This document shows positions 18,119 through 26,000 of a DNA stretch of 64,000 bases, piece by piece. The translations under genes and the position numbers were made by a program. Below the pieces are notes generated by a model, which did not search any database, had not been told where the DNA came from, and saw only the letters and a program-made list of their open reading frames with translations. Each line of letters opens with the position of its first letter. The stretch's first letter is position 1. The DNA is taken from IMG/VR virus record IMGVR_UViG_3300024520_000047, positions 1 to 64,000 of that record; one strand, given 5' to 3'.

Positions 18119-18626
18119 TAAATTCTTCAAACAAATATCTATCTTTAATAAAATCTTCTATATCTGTATTGTCAAACTTTTTCTTTGTCTCTTCTAATTC
18201 TTTAATCCTTTTTCTTTTAGGTGTCATACCTTCTTCATATTCATCTAACGTATTACTTTTTTCGTATTTCCACTTAATATGATTTTCTCTAAAATTAATT
18301 GTATTACTAATTGAATATATTTCATTTTCAATATTCTCTTTAATTGATTGGTAATCTTCTAACCTATGTTCTCTATGTTTCTTTAATTGTTTATTAATTA
18401 TTTCTTCAGCGTTGTCAGGTAAATTCCTATCATCTATAAGTTTAAATAATAAATCTCTAACGACACACAAATCTTCTTCCATAGATTGTACATCATCCTC
18501 CAATTCACATATAGTAATTTCGTTTTTAGATTTTCTAACGGGTGTGTGTTGTGATTCTAAGTTTCTATAATCTTCTTCTGTCATTAGTCCCACTCCAGTC
18601 CCTTTTCCGTCTGCTCTACAAGGCAT
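18096..18626 (-). CDS. coiled-coil hypothetical protein
   Basis: 176 aa, ends KNQNKDE* in junction element. Confidence 0.7.
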   Translation of the reverse strand: MPCRADGKGTGVGLMTEEDYRNLESQHTPVRKSKNEITICELEDDVQSMEEDLCVVRDLLFKLIDDRNLPDNAEEIINKQLKKHREHRLEDYQSIKENIENEIYSISNTINFRENHIKWKYEKSNTLDEYEEGMTPKRKRIKELEETKKKFDNTDIEDFIKDRYLFEEFKNQNKDE

Positions 18627-18663
18627 AATTTGTGTTTTTTTAATTTATTAATCTTTATGTTGG

Positions 18664-18876
18664 TTAACTATCTGCTATACCAAACTTGGTCTTATACCAA
18701 ATTCTCTCATGAAAATAATAAAGTACCATTTTGGTTACTAATTCTGCTAACCCTACTTTTATTCCAATCATTGGGTTTCCACTAATTAACCAGCCTAATA
18801 ACATCGTATCCATAGTGCCCACTAATCTCCATGTGAGGGTCTTTGCAATGTGTCTTTTTCTTTTTACTATTGGCAT
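18664..18876 (-). CDS. DUF2061-like membrane protein
   Basis: RHIAKTLTWRLVGT.DT...LYYFHERIW. Confidence 0.85.
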   Translation of the reverse strand: MPIVKRKRHIAKTLTWRLVGTMDTMLLGWLISGNPMIGIKVGLAELVTKMVLYYFHERIWYKTKFGIADS

Positions 18877-18901
18877 TCTTCTTTTTTAGAATTAATTTAA
18901 A

Positions 18902-18985
18902 TCTAGAGCCCCTACCTGACACAATATCAGGTAGGTTATCTAGTCAGGCCGAATAAGAATTCAGCTCCACCACCCTTTCGGGTTA
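18902..18985 (-). ncRNA. candidate structured RNA directly 3' of tRNA-Gly
   Basis: Hairpins ACCC-GAAA-GGGT, CTGAAT-TCTT-ATTCGG and a 9-bp CCTACCTGA/TCAGGTAGG; possible closing GGAGCT/GGCTCT. Confidence 0.4.
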
Positions 18986-18989
18986 ATAG

Positions 18990-19062
18990 AGCGGAAGGAT
19001 AGGATTTGAACCTCCGTCCCCATACTGGTAGTATGGTGCTTTACCAATTAAGCTACTCCCGC
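18990..19062 (-). tRNA. tRNA-Gly, anticodon ACC (atypical; one-nt bulge in T-stem; CCA not encoded)
   Basis: GCGGGAG acceptor/CTTCCGC + U73; D-arm GCTT/AAGC; anticodon arm CCATA-CTACCAG-TATGG; T-loop TTCAAAT. Confidence 0.8.
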
Positions 19063-19066
19063 TTAT

Positions 19067-19309
19067 TTAATGATGTGTGACAGTCCATGTTCTATAGGTA
19101 CTATCCTGAAAATCGGTATATGTTTTCATGGCCTGAAGAATATCCACCGCATCAATACCTAATAATTTTATAGCATCTTTCTCACTAAGTCCATACTTCT
19201 GTATAATCGAAAATTTCTTTTCTCCGATTTGAGTTCGAAGGAAATGCATCGTCTGGTCCCAATGAAGGAATGCCCCCGTGTAAACACTATCTCTATTTTC
19301 ATTTTTCAT
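19067..19309 (-). CDS. hypothetical protein
   Basis: 80 aa; ATG 4 nt after promoter -7 box. Confidence 0.65.
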   Translation of the reverse strand: MKNENRDSVYTGAFLHWDQTMHFLRTQIGEKKFSIIQKYGLSEKDAIKLLGIDAVDILQAMKTYTDFQDSTYRTWTVTHH

Positions 19310-19313
19310 AAGG

Positions 19314-19344
19314 CAAAGATAAGAAAAAAATATTAATAAACAAA
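19314..19344 (-). promoter_or_regulatory. Bacteroidota sigma promoter
   Basis: TTTG-N19-TATCTTTG. Confidence 0.75.
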
Positions 19345-19430
19345 ATTTAAATTGATAAAATATTAATGGGGTAATTTATTTATTCCCCCTAATTTTATCT
19401 TATTATAAGAGTAGATAATAGTTCTTCTTA

Positions 19431-20000
19431 ATGAATCCCAACCGTATAAAATCTATCCGCCGCACCTATATTATATTTTCTATAATAGTAGGAATTGTTG
19501 CTCCTATTTTATGCTATTGGTTAATTCCTCATTTTGACATAAAACACGACCCTTTATCTAAATTTGGTATCTCCGAACCCACTTCCCATATCTGGTTAGT
19601 CTCATTAATGTTTATTGCCATTGGATTATGGTTAAATGGGGAATATCGGATTGGGGAAATGATTAAGAAAAAAAAATGGCGTCCTTTATTGAAGTGGTTA
19701 CTGAGAATTTCTACTTTTTCATTATTATTAATGGCAGTAATAGATATGAGTTGGCACTGGACACATAAAACTTTAGCTTTACTTTTTTTCTGTGGATATA
19801 ATGTTTTTGTGTTTGCCTTTGGTATTGTGCGTTCTTTAACTTATGTTAGAAGAGGAATGTTTTCAGTAATAATGGCTACGCTTATGTTATCCACATCTTT
19901 ATTAATTCTTCCATTTCCAAGTTATGGTGTTGCTGAAATATCATATATATTTCTGATAGTGCTGTGGAACACTAAAGTCTTATTTAGGAAAAAATTATAA
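19431..20000 (+). CDS. polytopic membrane protein (DUF998-like)
   Basis: ~6 hydrophobic helices; PLSKFG and H..LALLFF motifs resemble DUF998. Confidence 0.6.
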   Translation: MNPNRIKSIRRTYIIFSIIVGIVAPILCYWLIPHFDIKHDPLSKFGISEPTSHIWLVSLMFIAIGLWLNGEYRIGEMIKKKKWRPLLKWLLRISTFSLLLMAVIDMSWHWTHKTLALLFFCGYNVFVFAFGIVRSLTYVRRGMFSVIMATLMLSTSLLILPFPSYGVAEISYIFLIVLWNTKVLFRKKL

Positions 20001-23000
20001 GGTTTCTTTCCATAAATTTATTAATCGGTTAGCAGTTGGTATTATGTTGCGTTTGGCTTCTCTAAGAGTTACTTCTTTATTTTTATTTTTAAGAGAATGG
20101 ATGGTGGTATCCCAGATAAGGTTTTTAATTTTATCACCATCTTCACTTAAGAGTCCACTATCCTTTTTTAATACAGTAGAATAGGTATCAATCCAGTCTT
20201 TTCCACCAATTAAAAAGTGGGAATAAAAATTCTCATTTGTCATCTCTTTATTTTTAACTTCACTTAAAAAATCAAAAATTAGTTTTCTTTTTTCAACTAG
20301 TTGGGCTGTGGTTACGTGTTGGGAACGTACTTTAATAAAAGCAGTTAAATCCATTTTATCAAACGACTCAAAGAACCTCCTTTTTATTAAAAAATCCTTT
20401 TGGGCTGCTTGTAAATGTCTGTTAACCTCTTCTGTCATATCTCCACGCAACTTTCCTCCCATTGTAAGGGTGTAGTCCGACTTTTTCTCAAAGTCTCTTA
20501 AATCGAAGATATTAATTGTATCTCCAATTTGAAATGGGATATTACTTAGGTTACCACTCTTTGCAATATCAACTATTTTCCCAGTTGGTGTCATATAAAG
20601 TAAAAAGGTCTGAGAGTTTTTACCCCAACCACCTTTGTATTCAAATCTTCCAATGATTAATAATCGTCTAATATAATTAGGAATGTTAGGTCTTTCTTCT
20701 TCTGGTAATTGTGGAATAATGGCTTCCGTTAACGGAGTGTTCCTGATGATAATCCATTTATCTCTCCCTCCTCCATCATCAGCATAATAATCATAGTCTT
20801 CTACTCCTTGATATAATCCCAAGTGTCCATCGTAAGTATCTATCTCGTATTTAATTCCTCCTCTAAACATATCACCTCTCGGTTCTTCGGATGCATTGCC
20901 TTCATATACATGTACCACGATTCCTACAGTAGTATTGGGTATCGTCAGTGTTGTAGTTCCGGGAGGTGCGGGGTCCATTTCTAAGTCCCAAATAAAAATT
21001 TTATCTCCTACTTTAAGTGGTGGACTTATTTCCTCTTTGGGTATTTTGGTGGTATCGATTTTTTGTTCCTTTAAAGTATTGAAATGATAGGCATCCGTAA
21101 TCTCCCAATCATCCGATTCATAATCTCCATGCTCATAGGTATGCATTTCTCCGCCCCACCCATAAAAATCTTCCCTCGATTTCTCTTCCGCATCCGTTGC
21201 TCCAAACGCGGTGACGTTTGCGCTACCCCTTTTAAATACTTGTTCCCAACCACTTTCTTCTGCCTCTACTTCATATTCGGAGGGGTATTCTTTTCTTGCA
21301 TTTTTAATTTGTCCATAATCTCCATCGTCTGCTTCGTGTCTATTCTCTAGTGCCCAGCGTGCATATTTGCTTATTATTGTCCAGATTTGAGCACTTCCCT
21401 CTCCACTGTTGGGTTCACCAAATAGTTTCATTACATCCTCATATCTAGAAGTAACTTGCCGTTGTATATCAGTTTTAAAAGTTCTGGTGGCAATTGCTTT
21501 TAATTCATCGAACGTAAATTCTCTAACAATAGTATTTAATATTTTAACTTCGAGTGCGGTAAAAGGACCATACTCTACATATAAGTCATCATCCTCTAAT
21601 CCACTCTCGGCATCTTGTTCGTTCAATCTTCTGGATGTAATATTCTTGCCACTAGCATCAATTTCTTTTTGTCGTGCCTCTATCTCTTGGGGTATATTGG
21701 ATACATGTTTTTTCACCATAATCCACTTATCGTTAGTCGTAAGGATTCTATTTCCCCTATCCCATTCAATATTTTCTCCTGTTATTGGTAACATGTTCCA
21801 ATACAAATTACGGAAGGTGGGTTCATTTCCAAAAGTTATTTGTTCTGTATTCACGGGTTCGGGAGAAGTAACATAATAAGTCTCCATGATAGTAGGAAAA
21901 GTATCTTCCCCATGTAATTCACCTCTACTTCGCGTTCTATACATGCCAGAACCTGCAGATTGTTTATATCTGGTATCTTTATCTACATCTACCACTCTAA
22001 TAACGTCTCCAATATTTAAAGATGGATTAAGTTTTTCTTTCTGTTCAGTAATCGGTTTTTTATGAACCTTAATCCATTGGTATATCCAAGGGTATAATAG
22101 TTTTGCGGTACCTCTACCTACCATATAGTCCCCATTTAAATAATCTTGATGTTTGTCTGCTGGAAGAAGTGTATATCTCCAAGGCCACTGTGCTTTGTGC
22201 CCAGCAGACTCTTTTTCTACTACTATGTATGGTGTTAATATCTCAGGTCTTTCCGCTTCTCCTCGCCCTTTCATCCTCTCCCTCTCCCTGTCTATATCTA
22301 TTACTCGTATACTATCACCCACTTCTAACTCTGGACTTAATTGGGTTTCTTTTTGTTCTCTTAAAATATATGGTGTGTCACCACCCCATATTTCTACTTC
22401 CTTGCCTACCCCTTTATCATTTCCTTCCCACTCGCCTGTCAGTGCAACCAATTCCATGTTGTCTATCCTCTCTATTATTTGACGTGCCCAAGCTTTTACA
22501 ACAGGGTTGGGGGTTAATCCTCTTAAACGATTATAAGATATGAAATCTCTTTCATCTGGTGGACCAATATTCGTAGTATCAATTAATCCTAATTTATATA
22601 AATCTTCATTGATGGTACCCCATAAATCATATAATTCCATTTGAGCCGTTTCAATTTTATCCGCCAAAAGGCCTATCTCACCTCTTCCTCCTTCTCCTCC
22701 ACCGAATCCACCGTATTTAAAATTTCTTACTCCACCTTCAGTATATGAGTCCTCATAACTGGTGAGTAAAAGTTTAGCTGCTAGAGCTAATTTCTTATAT
22801 ATTCTGAAAACCTCTTGTGTATAATTCTGGTGTAAAAACTTCTTTAGGGGTAAATTCTCACTCTGTTCTTTTATGGTTTCCCGATGTGTAGTACTTTCTA
22901 TCTCCCACCCATCAGATTCCCAATCTCCATAATCATAGGTCTCCATCTCACCACCCCAGTCGTACCAATCAGCTGTAGCCCTATCAGTCACATCCTGTGA

Positions 23001-26000
23001 ACTAAATCCGGGTATATCAACAGAACCGTGTTTGAATATTTTTTCCCATCCGCTTTCTTCCGCCTCTACTTCAAAGTAAGAGGGATAAATTTTAACTGGA
23101 GTTTTAACCTGTGCATAATCTCTTTTTTCATCGACCTCACCTGCAGCTTCACCCCAGTTATCCACCGCCCATCTTGCATATTTGCTCGCTATTACCCAAT
23201 CCTCCATGGTACGAGCGGGTATCGAAAATAATTTCATTATATCATTATATCTCTCTTCTAAGGCACGGGGTAAATTAGCGGCATCACTCTCCCCAATCAT
23301 CTCTAAGTCCTCTGAGGTAAACTCTTGGGCTAACTTATTCAATAACTTGACTTCCATGTTGGTGAAGGGAGTAAAGTCATAGTATTGGTCGTCATCATAG
23401 AATCCTTTATCTTTACCAAATTCCATTTTTTCTTCGTCTAACTGTAAACCTCCACGGTCTATCTTGCTCAATGCATCTAAATTCCCAAAGGAAGGATGGT
23501 CGGTTATCTTATCTTTTTTACTTTGTCTCATTACATCCCATACTCTAGGCTTCATCTTCATGTGATTACTCACCATATACCCTATCTCTTCTGGGTCACC
23601 ACCTAAACTCTCAATGAATTCACTATACTCATTCACTAACTGGGTGGAAACTTTTTCATGACCATGTGCGGTAGGTTGTCCTGTTTTAGGATTTACACCT
23701 AATGTGGCTAACTTACCTAGGTCATGAAAATATGCTGACAAAATTAAATTTATATTCTCAGGTTGTTCAGCAAACGCTCGGTTGGTTACCGTAATAATAT
23801 GTTTAAGTACATTTCCTTCTGGATGCCATTCAGGATTTTGTTTGGCCTTCCATTGGTCCATTAATATTTGTTGTAATGGTCTGGGTGAAGCATTGTATAA
23901 TTCTTTAAAGTTAGTCACTGATTCCCCTAATAAATCGATGTCATCATCCCACATCCCTTTATTTTTCTCCACCAGAATCCATGTATCGGTGTCGGGCATT
24001 AGATATCTCATGATTGCCTTATTTGAAAGAACACCGGGGCGGTCGGGGTAAGACACATCTTTCATGGGTCTATTAATACCATACCAATATTGGTCCCGCT
24101 TGGGTGTAGTGGTAACCCTATAAGGGACAAACAGTTCAGGAACTTGGTCGGGTATTTCTCCTTCTTTATCTTTAACATCTATTACTATTATCTCATCTCC
24201 ACTTTCTAAGGGTGGGTTTACTTTTTGTTGGTCTATGTTCTCGGTGAGACTTGCTGGGTCTGTAGGTTTTGGTGGGCCGAAATTTCCCTCATCATCTTTT
24301 GCCGATGGTTCTTTACTTTGAGGGACCAATTCATACAAGTCATCATATAAGATGTCATTAAAATATTCTTCACTAATATCTGGGTACCAATAACCATCAA
24401 AGTATTTTCCATCTACCTCTAAGTGGTCTCCCCGTTTACCCTCATTATAGTCATCTCCTCGTCCAAACTCTTCTATCATAATCTCCCCAAAAAGTTGGTC
24501 TGGAGTAAGACGTGCCATGTCTCTCATTACATCTTCCAAAGGTCGACTAGCATAATCTTCATGAAACTGAAAGAAATCTGTATTATCCCAATCGTCATCA
24601 CTTATCCACCTTTTTAAGTCACTTTCTATTATCCACGAATAACTTCCATTATTATTATCTCTTACCCATTTTCCTGTTCCGTCGAACCAGTCCTCTATCT
24701 TATCCCGAATATCGTCAAAGATGGCACGTTTGGTTGCATCTTCCTGTTCTATACTATAGGCGCGGGTAATCTTATTTCTAATTTCATCTATCTCACTCTC
24801 TTTTTCGGCAGCAATATCATCCTCAAAATCATTGTCTACATGACCCTCCAATAGTCTGCCGGCCACTTCTTTATCTTTAATCCCAAGAATTTCCATAATC
24901 ATTTTCCAACTTCCATCATCGAGATTATCTAACATCCCCTCATAAAATTCGTTATGGTCATACCATCCATCCCAATCCCATGCGTCCTCACCACACAGAT
25001 ATTTCCGTATGAGTTCTTCATGATTGTCATCATCAAATAATCGAGCTAAATCATCACAATCCCATAATGATGTTACCGGAATGGGTGCTTGAGTATTCAT
25101 TATGTATCTTTTGAGTAACATGGTGACACCATCTCCTTGGATGCCTTGCATCCCTAACAGTTTAAGGTCTTCCCAACTTACCCCATCTTGGTCCCATTTT
25201 TTATAAAGATATTTAACTGCATTTTCAGGATAATCTTTCATTATCCATTCTTTGTCTTCATCTTCCATTACTGAATCAAAAGGCCATCCTCCATGAAATA
25301 AATCTAATTGTTGTTCTTCTTTAATAACTTCTACCGAAGTAGTATCGTTGAGGGTATCTCTGTCTGGATAAAGAGCATCATTAAGGAGTTCTAAGTGATA
25401 TTCCACCTCCGCATCGTGGTCTGCCCAATTAATAACCATACCCTCTTCATCAAAATCAAAATCACCTTCTAATTGGTACTCGGTGGTATCATAATATTGA
25501 CTCATTAATTCTACTGTCTCCTCATTTGCGTTCACGGTATCAGTTAACTCATCAATGGTATTAAGATATTCCAGTTCTACAGTACTCAAATATTCTGCTT
25601 GTAACTCTTCATAATAATACTGGTCTACATATTTATCTTCCATTTGGTCACAGTCACACTTTCCTTCATCTTTTTCATCCTCCGTACATTCCCTATACTC
25701 ATCTTTTTCATCATCATAAAACTCAGTCCACTGTATACATTCACAGTCCTCCTCACTTAATTCACCATAAAAATGACCCCCACTTTGGAGACACTCTTCT
25801 AATATTTCTTCTGACTCAGCCTCTTCAGCATAAAACTCTACAGTATAGTAATAGATATTCGGTAGAGGTTCCCATAATAAATTCGTTATATTCCAATCAC
25901 TAAAGCCCCCACCTTCTTTAATTATCAACCATAAGGTCGCAGCTATCTGTTTTCCATCACTACTACTAAAAATTCCCCCCACATCTAGATATTTCCGTAA

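Noticed and set aside
18962-18972. CAGCTCCACCA on the plus strand resembling a tmRNA/tRNA-Ala 3' end
   Set aside because: No preceding T-arm and no matching GGGGCTG 5' end nearby; better explained as part of the minus-strand hairpin element
18902-18989. tRNA-associated HDV-like (theta) ribozyme
   Set aside because: I could not build the nested double pseudoknot (P1/P1.1/P3 with the L3 consensus) by eye; kept only as a generic structured-RNA candidate
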